DNA from: Paludibacteraceae bacterium
GTDB taxonomy: Bacteria > Bacteroidota > Bacteroidia > Bacteroidales > Paludibacteraceae
DNA: 44,533 bases
Reading direction: 5' to 3'
Assembly: GCA_017478035.1 (NCBI GenBank)
Contig: JAFVHA010000129.1
Span: 1-44,533, forward strand
Of the stretch, positions 1-8,930 are shown one piece after another. Every line of letters begins with the position of its first letter. Positions within the stretch are counted from its first letter, which is position 1. The position numbers and the translations under genes are program-made. The notes under the pieces are model-generated. The model worked only from the letters and a program-made list of their open reading frames with translations. It was not told the DNA's origin and ran no database searches.

Positions 1-1
1 A

Positions 2-895
2 CTCATCGCATCGCTGCGCAAGAAAGGAGATGAGTTCAACGATTCCATCAAGATGGGACGTACGCAACTGCAAGACGCCGTGCCTATGACCAGCGGTCAG
101 GAGTTTCATGCGTTCGCCAATAACCTCGAAGAAGAAGTGGCTAACCTCGAGCGGAATATCAAACTGCTCTATGAGATTAACATGGGAGGAACCGCCATTG
201 GCACAGGTCTCAACGCCACAGCCGGTTATGCAGAACTATGTATCCGGAAGATGTGCGAACTGACGGGCGAACCGTTTGAGTTGGCAAGCGACCTGGTAGA
301 AGCCACCCCCGATACGGGTGCTTATGTCAGCTATTCTGCAGCACTGAAACGCTTGGCTGTCAAACTGAGCAAGACATGTAACGACTTGCGTCTGATGGCT
401 TCCGGACCACGATGCGGACTGCATGAAATCAACCTGCCTCCTATGGCTCCGGGCTCATCTATCATGCCAGGAAAAGTGAACCCCGTTATTCCCGAAGTAA
501 CCAATCAGGTTTGCTTCAAAGTGATAGGAAATGACACGGCCGTCACTTTTGCCGCCGAAGCCGGACAGCTCCAACTCAACGTCATGGAACCAATCATTAC
601 CGAGTGTATCTTCGAGTCCATCACCTGGCTAAAGAACGTCATGGCTATCCTGCGCGAGAGATGTATTGACGGCATCACTATCAACCGTGAGCATAACCTC
701 GAAACGGTGAAGCACTCCATAGGCATCGTCACCGCCTTGAACCCTGTGATTGGCTACAAAGCATCGACGAAGATAGCCAAAGAAGCATTGGAAACCGGGA
801 AGAGCGTTTATAACCTCGTGCTCGAACACGGTATTCTCCGCAAAGAACAACTGGACGAACTTCTCAATCCTCAAAACATGCTCGCCGCACACTAA
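2..895 (+). CDS. aspA: aspartate ammonia-lyase, C-terminal part (5' end lies outside the window)
   Basis: Frame is open from nt 2. [14 protein letters not shown] and [12 protein letters not shown] lyase-1 signatures match AspA better than FumC. Confidence 0.9.
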   Translation, partial: LIASLRKKGDEFNDSIKMGRTQLQDAVPMTSGQEFHAFANNLEEEVANLERNIKLLYEINMGGTAIGTGLNATAGYAELCIRKMCELTGEPFELASDLVEATPDTGAYVSYSAALKRLAVKLSKTCNDLRLMASGPRCGLHEINLPPMAPGSSIMPGKVNPVIPEVTNQVCFKVIGNDTAVTFAAEAGQLQLNVMEPIITECIFESITWLKNVMAILRERCIDGITINREHNLETVKHSIGIVTALNPVIGYKASTKIAKEALETGKSVYNLVLEHGILRKEQLDELLNPQNMLAAH

Positions 896-1000
896 TCAAG
901 CGGTGTAAAATTAAACATTTATCGCCCAGGTGTCGCTCTCGTATTGCTCAGGTATCGCTCTCGTGACGCTCTCGTGAGGGCAAAACAGAACATTTACGGG

Positions 1001-1023
1001 TTAGAGGGTTAGAGGATTAGAGG
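1001..1023. repeat. tandem 8-nt word TTAGAGGN, 3 copies
   Basis: TTAGAGGG TTAGAGGA TTAGAGG read directly. TAG on the + strand and TAA on the - strand. CGCTCTCGT also occurs 3 times at 934-975. Confidence 0.9.
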
Positions 1024-1025
1024 TG

Positions 1026-1055
1026 AAAAAAGGAGGTCGTTGAACCTCCTTTTTC
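1026..1055. terminator. bidirectional rho-independent terminator between convergent genes
   Basis: AAAAAAGGAGGT-cgttga-ACCTCCTTTTT: a GC-rich stem flanked by an A-run and a T-run. Confidence 0.8.
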
Positions 1056-1057
1056 TA

Positions 1058-2344
1058 TTATCTTCTCGTTGCTCCACTGCGGCCACCTCCGCTGGAACCG
1101 CTACTGCGGCCTCCGCCGCCGGAGAATCCTCCTCCGCTACTTCTGGTAGTGCTACCGCCTGAGAAACTGCTGCTGCTACTTCTGCTGCCACCGGAATAGC
1201 TGCTGGTTCCAGAATAACTGCTGCGAGTCGGCGTTGATCCATATGAAGCGGAACTGGTGCTGCGCGAACTGGAAGTACCATAGAACGATGAACTGCGGCT
1301 GGTGCTTGAAGTACTTACGTTGCTGCGACCGGCACTTGAAGTGGCTACATTACTGCGACTGGCGCTAGTAGTAGCGACATTGCTGCGACCGGAAGTCGTG
1401 GTACTTAGACTCGTGCGAGTGGTGCTGGCCGTGTTTACGCTACTGCGCGTTGTCGTTCCTGTACCCGATGCTGCGCGACTCGATGCGGTGTTACGACTGC
1501 CGTATGTACGGCTGGCATTAGCATCTGCTCCACGGGTCGTTACGCCTGCACTACGCGTTACTCCGCTGTTAGTCATGTTCGATGCCTGACGAGTACTTAC
1601 TCTGCTCGAAGTGTTCAACTCACGTACGTTGGTCCGACCCTCGTTACGGGCGCTGAAAGTGCGCTCCGGATGAGCTAATGCATAGTCTACACGCGTTACA
1701 CTCTTGTGCAAGTCATGATAGCCATGGCGTACTTCGCGGCCGGGACGGAACGAACAGCAGTGATGATGGTGATGGTAAGCATAGCAGTGATGCCAGTATC
1801 TATCGTGTGCCCAACAAACGTGAGCGAACCACCAACCCGGGTAGAAACCCCAGTACCAAGGACTATTCCACGCGTACCATGCATCCGACCAGAACCAATC
1901 GTATATTACAGGTCTGTAAACATATACCGGTTCGATGATGTAGTTCGTACCATAAACATACTCGTCCCCTACAACCTGAACGGAAACATTGTTCGCTTCA
2001 TCTTTCTCAACATATATCGAGGCTACATCTTGGTAGATATCCTTCGCCAGGATTGCTTGCAAAACGATCAGACGCTTGTTGCCTTCACCGGTCTCTACAA
2101 CCCGCAGATAATCTACTTGTCCGTCCCCGTTGAGATCGAGGTTACAGAACACACTGTCGGGATTATTCAGCATTGTCTCGAACTCTTCCAGGTTCTTAGC
2201 CTCTGCAAAAAGCTTAGCTACAACCTTCAGATCGAGTCCTTCCGAGATGTCCGAACTGTTGGCGGAAACGGTTACCGTTTCTTCTGCCCATAACGCTGCG
2301 CTCATCAGCATCAGCGTCATCAGAAGTGTAGTTAATTTTTTCAT
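1058..2344 (-). CDS. secreted protein of unknown function: signal peptide, DxDxDG-like loop, Trp/His/Cys-rich block, long Ser/Thr/Arg/Gly tail
   Basis: N-terminal MKKLTTLLMTLMLMSAALWA signal, DLNGDGQVD, WYWGFYPGWW...HHHHHCC, and a low-complexity C-terminal ~190 aa ending GGGRSGATRR. Confidence 0.75.
   Translation of the reverse strand: MKKLTTLLMTLMLMSAALWAEETVTVSANSSDISEGLDLKVVAKLFAEAKNLEEFETMLNNPDSVFCNLDLNGDGQVDYLRVVETGEGNKRLIVLQAILAKDIYQDVASIYVEKDEANNVSVQVVGDEYVYGTNYIIEPVYVYRPVIYDWFWSDAWYAWNSPWYWGFYPGWWFAHVCWAHDRYWHHCYAYHHHHHCCSFRPGREVRHGYHDLHKSVTRVDYALAHPERTFSARNEGRTNVRELNTSSRVSTRQASNMTNSGVTRSAGVTTRGADANASRTYGSRNTASSRAASGTGTTTRSSVNTASTTRTSLSTTTSGRSNVATTSASRSNVATSSAGRSNVSTSSTSRSSSFYGTSSSRSTSSASYGSTPTRSSYSGTSSYSGGSRSSSSSFSGGSTTRSSGGGFSGGGGRSSGSSGGGRSGATRR
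1317..1406 (-). repeat. 3 x 30-nt in-frame tandem repeat inside the CDS
   Basis: Copies at 1317-1346, 1347-1376 and 1377-1406 encode three SNV(A/S)T(T/S)S..R decapeptides. Confidence 0.85.
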
Positions 2345-2372
2345 AATCGTGTTGTTTTAAATGATTAGTATT

Positions 2373-2410
2373 CCTAGATATCTAGATTTCTAGAACTCCA
2401 GACTCCTAGT
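2373..2410. repeat. tandem CTAGA-type 8-nt words
   Basis: cctagata tctagatt tctagaac tccagac tcctagt, in the spacer between the ribBA stop and the next gene start. Confidence 0.85.
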
Positions 2411-2444
2411 TACCCTACTTAATTCAAATATCGTGCCAAACGCC

Positions 2445-3695
2445 CTATACCATCTTCAAATTATGATGCATCTTCTCTTTTTTTGTGCGCATGTAGCGTT
2501 CATTCCATCGGTTGGGTTGAATCTCAATCGGCACATTCTCAACGATTTCGATGCCGTAGCTCTCCAAACCGACCCGTTTGACAGGATTATTGGTCATCAG
2601 ACGCAGTTTGAGTGCTCCCATCTCGCGCAATATCTGCGCGCCAACTCCGTAGTCACGCTCATCGGGTCGAAATCCCAGATGCACATTTGCCTCCACGGTG
2701 TCTTCGCCCTGTTCCTGCAATTTGTACGCGCGTATCTTATTCATCAGTCCGATGCCGCGCCCCTCCTGATTCATATAGACCAGTATACCTCTCCCCTCTT
2801 TCTCAATCATCTGCATGGCTCGGTGAAGTTGTTCGCCGCACTCGCATCGCAACGAGCCAAACAGATCGCCCGTCGCACAACTGGAGTGTACCCGACAAAG
2901 CACAGCTTCGTCTGCCTTCCACTGACCTTTGGTAAGCGCAATATGCTCCAAACCTGTTGCCAAATCGCGGAAAGGTGTCAGTTGGAACTCGCCGTACTGC
3001 GTAGGCAGGAACACGGTCTCGCCACGTTCGATGAGCGCATCATTGAGCGGCTTATCCGCGCTCATTTCATCATTAAGCTCGCTCTGCGGGCGTTCATTAA
3101 GCCTATAGGCAATGAGATCCTTGATGGTAATGATTTTGAGGTCAAATTCGCGAGCGACATCCTGTAGTTGCGGCATCCGCGCCATTGTGCCGTCTTCGTT
3201 CATTATCTCTATCAACGCAGCCGCAGGAGTAAGCCCGGCCAGTCGGCACAAATCGACCGCCGCCTCCGTATGTCCGGCGCGCTGTAACACCCCTCGGGAC
3301 TTGGCGTAAAGCGGATTGATATGTCCGGGTCGACCGAAATCATCCGGCTTGGAAGCGGTATCTGCCAAGGCACGTATGGTCGCCGCGCGGTCATGCGCCG
3401 ACACTCCGGTTGTACACCCCGGCAGATAATCCACCGTCACAGTGAAGGGGGTGCCTAACATCGAGGTGTTCTGCTGCACCTGATGCACCAACCCCAACTC
3501 CGCGCAACGCTCTTCCGTGATAGGCGCACAAAGAACACCACGTCCGTGCTGCAGCATGAAATTCACCTTTTCCGGCGTGATCTTCTCCGCCGCAATGATG
3601 AAATCTCCTTCGTTCTCGCGGTCCTCGTCATCTACCACAATCACAAACTTTCCCGCCCGGAAATCCTCTAATGCCTCTTCTATTGTATGTATCAT
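2445..3695 (-). CDS. ribBA: bifunctional 3,4-dihydroxy-2-butanone-4-phosphate synthase / GTP cyclohydrolase II
   Basis: [14 protein letters not shown] (RibB) in the N-terminal half; CxCGxQL cyclohydrolase II region in the C-terminal half. Confidence 0.95.
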   Translation of the reverse strand: MIHTIEEALEDFRAGKFVIVVDDEDRENEGDFIIAAEKITPEKVNFMLQHGRGVLCAPITEERCAELGLVHQVQQNTSMLGTPFTVTVDYLPGCTTGVSAHDRAATIRALADTASKPDDFGRPGHINPLYAKSRGVLQRAGHTEAAVDLCRLAGLTPAAALIEIMNEDGTMARMPQLQDVAREFDLKIITIKDLIAYRLNERPQSELNDEMSADKPLNDALIERGETVFLPTQYGEFQLTPFRDLATGLEHIALTKGQWKADEAVLCRVHSSCATGDLFGSLRCECGEQLHRAMQMIEKEGRGILVYMNQEGRGIGLMNKIRAYKLQEQGEDTVEANVHLGFRPDERDYGVGAQILREMGALKLRLMTNNPVKRVGLESYGIEIVENVPIEIQPNRWNERYMRTKKEKMHHNLKMV

Positions 3696-3704
3696 TGCAA
3701 TAAC

Positions 3705-5204
3705 TTAACGGTTTAACAATTTATATTTCTTCCATAGAGACCCTTTGAGCTCATGAATACGTTCCATCACCTTTTTCCAACGCATCACCCACACCTCCGG
3801 ATTAAAGAGAGGAGAGTCGGTCGCGGCTTTGTAACTGAGGAACATTCCAATGGGCAGCAGCACGAATGAACTGAGCCACATACCGGCCCAACAGGGCCAT
3901 AGCGCCTCGCGGGCCATCTTATAGCCCGTGTTGTCGATGATATAATAGATGATGAACATCACTACCGATATCACCACCGGTGCTCCCAAACCGCCTTTGC
4001 GGATGATGGCTCCCAACGGCGCACCGATGAAGAAGAAGATAAGACAGGCGAAAGCCAAGGTGAACTTACGGTACATCTCTATCTGGTGCTTACGGATGTA
4101 ACGCTCGGCATCGTCTAACATCAGCGAGTTATACTCTATCTGGTCTCCGTACGCACGCGCGGACTCTTCCGCCAACGCATACACCTGGTTTTTCTTGGCC
4201 GGACTCAGATGCGCCCATAGCGAATCAATGTTATACATCTGCCTCTCCTCCTGCAAGACCTGATCCGGAAGGACTGCCACACGTCCGCTCTCCCGACCAA
4301 AATAACGGTCATTGATCAAACGGTTGCTTTGCTCCAGACTCCGGTCGTGAGCCACTACGCGCATCGAGTCTATCGACTCTTTCAACTGCGCCACATTCTT
4401 ACTCACATGCTGGTCCTGCAGCACCGACTCGTCATAGCGGCTGAAATCGGTCGCAAAATCAATCAATATACGCTTGTGAGAAAAGGTCTCGCGACGATAT
4501 GGAATATTTTTGGACGTACCCGTCGAACGTTGCTGCTGCTGATCCAGGTTCTCAAACGACTCGCCGTGAGACAGGTCCAATATCAAATAGCGTTTATCCG
4601 CGCTCGCCGCCAGACGACCGGTATCCGCCACCATCACTTTTGCGTTTTCAAATCCGTTCGAGTAGTCGTAAATCATCATATCCAACAACTCTCCGCTGCG
4701 AGTCTTCGAACGAACGAAAATATGATGACCTCTTATCTCATCGTAAAACTCACCTACGGGAATCTCCAACTCCGGACTCTTCTGACGCAGCGAGAAAATC
4801 AACGCCCATAACTTCATCTGGGATTTCGGCAGCACATTATTGCTGAAAAAGAAAGCACCAATACTCAGCATAGCCACCATGAACGCCAATGGGCGTAATA
4901 TCCGGAATAAGGATATTCCGGCCGCTTTCATCGCCGTCAACTCGAATTTCTCCGCCAAGTTACCGAACGATATTAGAGAACTGAGCAAAATAGCCAGAGG
5001 AAGAGCTAAAGGAACCACCGACGCTGTCGCATAAATGAAAAACTCCGCTAGCACACTAATCTCAATTCCTTTACCCACCAGGTCGTTCACGTGCATCCAC
5101 ATGAACTGCATGAGCAAGATGAAGATGGCAATAAAGAATGTAGCGAAAAACAGCCCCAGAAAATTCCGGAGCAGGTAAATATCTATTTTCTTTATTACTC
5201 TCAA
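3705..5204 (-). CDS. LptF/LptG-family (YjgP/YjgQ) permease
   Basis: N-terminus [14 protein letters not shown] is typical of the family; multiple TM segments. The only in-frame start is TTG at 5204. Confidence 0.8.
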   Translation of the reverse strand: MRVIKKIDIYLLRNFLGLFFATFFIAIFILLMQFMWMHVNDLVGKGIEISVLAEFFIYATASVVPLALPLAILLSSLISFGNLAEKFELTAMKAAGISLFRILRPLAFMVAMLSIGAFFFSNNVLPKSQMKLWALIFSLRQKSPELEIPVGEFYDEIRGHHIFVRSKTRSGELLDMMIYDYSNGFENAKVMVADTGRLAASADKRYLILDLSHGESFENLDQQQQRSTGTSKNIPYRRETFSHKRILIDFATDFSRYDESVLQDQHVSKNVAQLKESIDSMRVVAHDRSLEQSNRLINDRYFGRESGRVAVLPDQVLQEERQMYNIDSLWAHLSPAKKNQVYALAEESARAYGDQIEYNSLMLDDAERYIRKHQIEMYRKFTLAFACLIFFFIGAPLGAIIRKGGLGAPVVISVVMFIIYYIIDNTGYKMAREALWPCWAGMWLSSFVLLPIGMFLSYKAATDSPLFNPEVWVMRWKKVMERIHELKGSLWKKYKLLNR

Positions 5205-5224
5205 CTCTACACTCAGGTTCTCAA

Positions 5225-5707
5225 CTATCCTTTGAGGTTCTCACTCACAAAGATTAGCGGTAAAAGGTCAGCAGCGGACTCAAATACCCAGGTTCCGTCT
5301 TCTCCGTACAGCAGCACCTCCATCTTACCTCCGTAACGATGCTCGGTCTCCACCATCACCTGACGGCACGCACCGCAAGGTGAACCGGGCTCTTTCGTAA
5401 AATGGCCATCTGTATAGCATGCTATTGCCAAATGCGTAACCGGCTGCTCCGGGAACTGCGCACCGGCTGCGAACAATGCAGTCCGTTCTGCGCAAAGACC
5501 ACTTGGATATGCCGCATTCTCCTGATTAGCGCCGCGAACAATTGTACCGTTTTCCAGTTTGGCAGCAGCACCCACGTGGAAGCCGCTATACGGACAATAA
5601 CTGTTCGACGTTTGTTCCTTTGCGATAGCCACCAACTCACGTTGCTCGGCCGTCAACTCGTTCCATTGGTAGGAACGCATTTTCGTGGTGAGATTAAACT
5701 CTTTCAT
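5225..5707 (-). CDS. cdd: cytidine deaminase
   Basis: CAERTALF and PCGACRQVM zinc-binding motifs. Confidence 0.9.
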   Translation of the reverse strand: MKEFNLTTKMRSYQWNELTAEQRELVAIAKEQTSNSYCPYSGFHVGAAAKLENGTIVRGANQENAAYPSGLCAERTALFAAGAQFPEQPVTHLAIACYTDGHFTKEPGSPCGACRQVMVETEHRYGGKMEVLLYGEDGTWVFESAADLLPLIFVSENLKG

Positions 5708-5764
5708 ATGATTTGTAGGTTAAATAATTTACTAAAATTATTTGGTAGGCATATAAACCGGCTG

Positions 5765-5795
5765 CAAAGTTACTGCTTTTTTTTGACATATGCAA
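5765..5795 (-). promoter_or_regulatory. Bacteroides-type promoter for cdd
   Basis: Minus strand reads CTTGCATATGTCAAAAAAAAGCAGTAACTTTG: -33 (C)TTG, 20-nt spacer, -7 TAACTTTG. Confidence 0.75.
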
Positions 5796-5963
5796 GCGCG
5801 CGCGCGTTTTTCCTTAAATAATATACATATTTTGGTCAATTTTTCTTCCAATGAGCACATGACCATAATTGTTTCATTCGCTGCACTATACCTCCAAAAC
5901 TCGCGCCATGAAGGACGTTTCTTAGGGCAAATTGCAATTTTTTTACATTTTTTTGCCAAAATA

Positions 5964-5995
5964 TTTGCGTATATAAAAAAAAAGCAGTACTTTTG
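5964..5995 (+). promoter_or_regulatory. Bacteroides-type promoter for tRNA-Glu
   Basis: TTTG-N20-TACTTTTG followed by GCAGCCG, about 25 nt upstream of the tRNA. Confidence 0.75.
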
Positions 5996-6022
5996 CAGCC
6001 GGTTTCGTCCAAAGAACCATAG

Positions 6023-6095
6023 GGTGCTATCGTCTAGTGGCCTAGGACAACGGCCTCTCACGCCGTAAACCCCGGTTCGAGTCCGGGTAGCACTA
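6023..6095 (+). tRNA. tRNA-Glu (anticodon CTC)
   Basis: Hand-folded cloverleaf: acceptor GGTGCTA/TAGCACT (G1-U72 wobble), D arm GTCT/GGAC, anticodon arm ACGGC-CTCTCAC-GCCGT, T arm CCCGG-TTCGAGT-CCGGG. CCA is not encoded. Confidence 0.85.
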
Positions 6096-6100
6096 CTGAA

Positions 6101-6127
6101 AAGGAGCTGAAGAAGTTCCTTTTTTTT
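6101..6127 (+). terminator. rho-independent terminator after the tRNA
   Basis: AAGGAGCT-gaaga-AGTTCCTT (one G-U pair) followed by a T-run. Confidence 0.75.
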
Positions 6128-6232
6128 GTAGTCTGAAACTCTAACGGGGGAAGTCTTAGCATAAAGGTCAACGATTCTTATAGTCACAAAAAAACCTAAA
6201 TTCAAAAAAAAATAAGAAAAAATGCTATAAGA

Positions 6233-6264
6233 TTTGCATATGTGAATTTTTTTTTGTAATTTTG
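6233..6264 (+). promoter_or_regulatory. Bacteroides-type promoter
   Basis: TTTGCATATG...N20...TAATTTTG, 32 nt upstream of the ATG at 6296. Confidence 0.7.
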
Positions 6265-6295
6265 CGCCTTGAATTGAGTTGACACATCTATACGT

Positions 6296-7198
6296 ATGAA
6301 TAAGCGCGCGTACATTCTATTGATTTTAGGGGTTTTACTCCTTATTTCTCCGTTAGCAAAAGCTGCTTATCGAGACCGGTATCGTGTAGTTTGGACGAAG
6401 AATCCGAGTAACAAGACCGGTCTATATACCACGAAGAACTATTTTGTATCGCATGGTGTAGGTTTGAATGTAAGCGCGATGTACTATTTCGGCGATGTAG
6501 ATAACGAGGGTGTGGCATTCAATGGAGGTTTCAACATGCACAACCTCAGTCTCGGCGGTGGTTTCAGTTTCTTCTACAATCTGCCTGCGGGCAATCATTG
6601 CAACCTGCGTTTCACGTTGATGGGTGGTACGCTGCGAGGCAATAATGAGTTGAAATTCAATAGTCTGGCTCTTCCGCGTGATGACTACCGTAAGTTCCAC
6701 GCTATCCTTATTCAACCTGCGTTCGGCGTTCAGTATTATCCGTTCTCGAATGCCGGATTCTATCTGTACGGCGGTGTAGCTATCTCGGCGAGCATCATCG
6801 ACAACTATGAGTTCTACTATTATCCTCACGCTTCGACAGAGCGCCGCTTGCTGAAAGGCAACACGTACGGAATTTTGCCGATGATCCAATTGGCTCTCGG
6901 CTATAGTTTCAAGTTAACACCGTCATGGTCGCTAAGTCTCGAGTTGATGATACAAGAGGGTGTTATTGATACCCACTACATGAATTTGGACGCATGGCCT
7001 TTGGCCAAATCGCAGAACAGCGATAATATCGAATTAGGTAACAGCTTCGGCAAATGGACGGACCGCTACGGCAAGGAGCATATCCACTGGAATGACGGTT
7101 GGTTCCAGTTCGGTATTACGATCACCTACCATTGGCGTAACTGTGAACACTGCCGCATCCTGGATAATTACGATAATATCCGGGCAAGAAGACGTTAA
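6296..7198 (+). CDS. putative outer-membrane beta-barrel protein
   Basis: Signal peptide, then alternating aromatic/Gly beta-strand-like segments. No specific family recognised. Confidence 0.55.
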   Translation: MNKRAYILLILGVLLLISPLAKAAYRDRYRVVWTKNPSNKTGLYTTKNYFVSHGVGLNVSAMYYFGDVDNEGVAFNGGFNMHNLSLGGGFSFFYNLPAGNHCNLRFTLMGGTLRGNNELKFNSLALPRDDYRKFHAILIQPAFGVQYYPFSNAGFYLYGGVAISASIIDNYEFYYYPHASTERRLLKGNTYGILPMIQLALGYSFKLTPSWSLSLELMIQEGVIDTHYMNLDAWPLAKSQNSDNIELGNSFGKWTDRYGKEHIHWNDGWFQFGITITYHWRNCEHCRILDNYDNIRARRR

Positions 7199-7851
7199 TT
7201 TTTCGGTCCGCGTTTCTTCGGGAGCACCGTTCCCGTTTCCGCACACTCGATCATGTTTTCCAATATGACGCCAAAGCGCCATTCGATGGCGTTGTGCCAG
7301 GTCTTATCGGAGATGAAAGCCGAGAGCACACGTCCGAAGACAAGACGGAACTCATAATGTATGCGTGTCTGAGTGTCAGAAATTGGTTCTAATACCATAA
7401 CCATGTCCCCGCCTTCCAATATCGAACCGCTATAGGTCGCCTTCAGATGCGCTGTCAGCGGATAGGAGGCGTTCACCGGCCTCGTGAGCATGTATTTCGT
7501 ACCCAGATGCTGGTCCTTCCACCAGCGTACTCCAAGCACATAGATATCCACAGCCACGTCACCTGTCTTGAGTTTGGGATCATACACACGGTCCTTATAG
7601 CGCAACTGGATAGCATCCCTACTCTCTTTGGTCTTCGGTTCAGACGGTTCTTCGGCTAATCCCAAATATGCCCATTCGAACAAGGAGTCAGGGCATGCTT
7701 GAAACTGTCGACAGAAACGATTGGTAACAGTCAACATTTGCTTCAAAGGGGCATTACAGACCGTATCGATAATTACTTCGCGTCGCTGTGGGCGCGCAAA
7801 AACACTGAGACTAACCGTCATCAGCATTAGAAACACAAGTGTTTTTCTCAT
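7195..7851 (-). CDS. secreted hypothetical protein (possibly SRPBCC/START-like fold)
   Basis: Signal peptide MRKTLVFLMLMTVSLSVFA. Coding-like ORF; its start overlaps the stop of the upstream gene by 4 nt. Confidence 0.5.
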   Translation of the reverse strand: MRKTLVFLMLMTVSLSVFARPQRREVIIDTVCNAPLKQMLTVTNRFCRQFQACPDSLFEWAYLGLAEEPSEPKTKESRDAIQLRYKDRVYDPKLKTGDVAVDIYVLGVRWWKDQHLGTKYMLTRPVNASYPLTAHLKATYSGSILEGGDMVMVLEPISDTQTRIHYEFRLVFGRVLSAFISDKTWHNAIEWRFGVILENMIECAETGTVLPKKRGPKN

Positions 7852-8153
7852 ACTTCGTAATCCAAACAGGTACGTAGTTCGGTATTCGGTCTGACGATGC
7901 CGTTGGCAACGGCCACATGCGCCGGGTGTACGGCGTAGCCTTTGAGTGCCTCGGCTGACTCTAACGTGGAGTCCAACATGATATCGGCATTACTGCTCTC
8001 CAGCCTACCGTCCACTTGTACATGGATATCCAATAAACCGGGCACTTGGCCTTTGAGTCCCTCCAGACCCTGCTTGATAGCGAGTGCTTTCTCGCGTTTC
8101 TCCTGCTCGCTTAACTCCGAGCGAAGTTTCCATAAAATAATGTGCTTGACCAT
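7848..8153 (-). CDS. Dabb-family stress-responsive A/B-barrel protein
   Basis: MVKHIILWKL start and about 100 aa length, typical of the Dabb domain. Confidence 0.7.
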   Translation of the reverse strand: MVKHIILWKLRSELSEQEKREKALAIKQGLEGLKGQVPGLLDIHVQVDGRLESSNADIMLDSTLESAEALKGYAVHPAHVAVANGIVRPNTELRTCLDYEV

Positions 8154-8158
8154 ATGTA

Positions 8159-8194
8159 GATTTATGATTTCAAATTGATGATTTATGATTTAAG
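8159..8194. repeat. tandem TGATT[TG]A-type words
   Basis: GATTTATGATTTCAAATTGATGATTTATGATTTAAG. Spans the ubiE stop and its last 3 codons. Confidence 0.9.
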
Positions 8195-8872
8195 GGCCGT
8201 ATAGACCGTGGCTATTCCAAAGGTAAGAGGAGTGAATTGTTCCGTACTAAAACCGGCTTCACGCATATGCTGCAGAAACTGCTCGCCCCAACAAAAAGAT
8301 TTCACGCTCTTATTGAGGTACGTGTACGCTGTCTTGTCCCGGCTCACGACACGCCCGATGAACGGCAACACGCGCGTAAAATATATATCGTAACACGCGC
8401 GCACGGGAGGATTGGAGGGATAAGAGAATTCCAGTATCGTCACTTGCCCTCCGGGCTTGAGCACGCGGTACATCTCACGCAGTCCTTCGTCCAGATTTTG
8501 GAAGTTCCGACACCCGAAAGCACAAGTCACAGCATCGAAGGTATTATCCTCAAACGACATCTGTTGCGCATTTCCGAAGACGAAATCCACTCCTTTCAAT
8601 CCCAATCGTTCCACTTTCTCCTTCCCTATCGCCATCATCTGTCGGGACAAATCCAAACCGGTCACTTGTTCCGCCTTACCACACTGCAGCATCTCGATTG
8701 CCAGATCGGCAGTACCGATTGCAACGTCCAACACATGTCGGACAGACGGCATCTTCGCTACCGTCTTCTTGCGCCAGCGACGGTCTATATTCAGCGACAG
8801 ACCATGATTCAAGCCGTCGTAAGTACCCGCAATACGGTCAAATAATTGTCCGATATGTTGCTTTTCTTCCAT
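8183..8872 (-). CDS. ubiE: demethylmenaquinone / ubiquinone C-methyltransferase
   Basis: FDRIAGTYDGLN and VLDVAIGTADLA SAM-methyltransferase motifs. Start set at ATG 8872 because the -7 box at 8883-8890 lies inside the longer ORF. Confidence 0.85.
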   Translation of the reverse strand: MEEKQHIGQLFDRIAGTYDGLNHGLSLNIDRRWRKKTVAKMPSVRHVLDVAIGTADLAIEMLQCGKAEQVTGLDLSRQMMAIGKEKVERLGLKGVDFVFGNAQQMSFEDNTFDAVTCAFGCRNFQNLDEGLREMYRVLKPGGQVTILEFSYPSNPPVRACYDIYFTRVLPFIGRVVSRDKTAYTYLNKSVKSFCWGEQFLQHMREAGFSTEQFTPLTFGIATVYTALKS

Positions 8873-8882
8873 AAATCGGCTA

Positions 8883-8930
8883 CAAAAGTACAAAATTTAT
8901 TGCATATGTGCAAATTTTTTTGTACCTTTG
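8883..8930. promoter_or_regulatory. back-to-back divergent promoters (ubiE on -, groES on +)
   Basis: - strand: TTTG (8911-8914) N20 TACTTTTG (8883-8890). + strand: ATTG (8899-8902) N20 TACCTTTG (8923-8930). Both -33 boxes lie in TTGCATATGTGCAAA. Confidence 0.75.

Noticed and set aside
1302-2360. + strand ORFs (1302-1589, 1678-1938, 1706-2293, 2130-2360) opposite the secreted-protein gene
   Set aside because: They are shadows of a repeat-rich gene. The - strand ORF has a clear signal peptide and is continuous over the whole interval.
5738-6205. 155-aa - strand ORF
   Set aside because: It runs through two promoters, the tRNA-Glu gene and its terminator, so it is an A/T-rich intergenic artefact.
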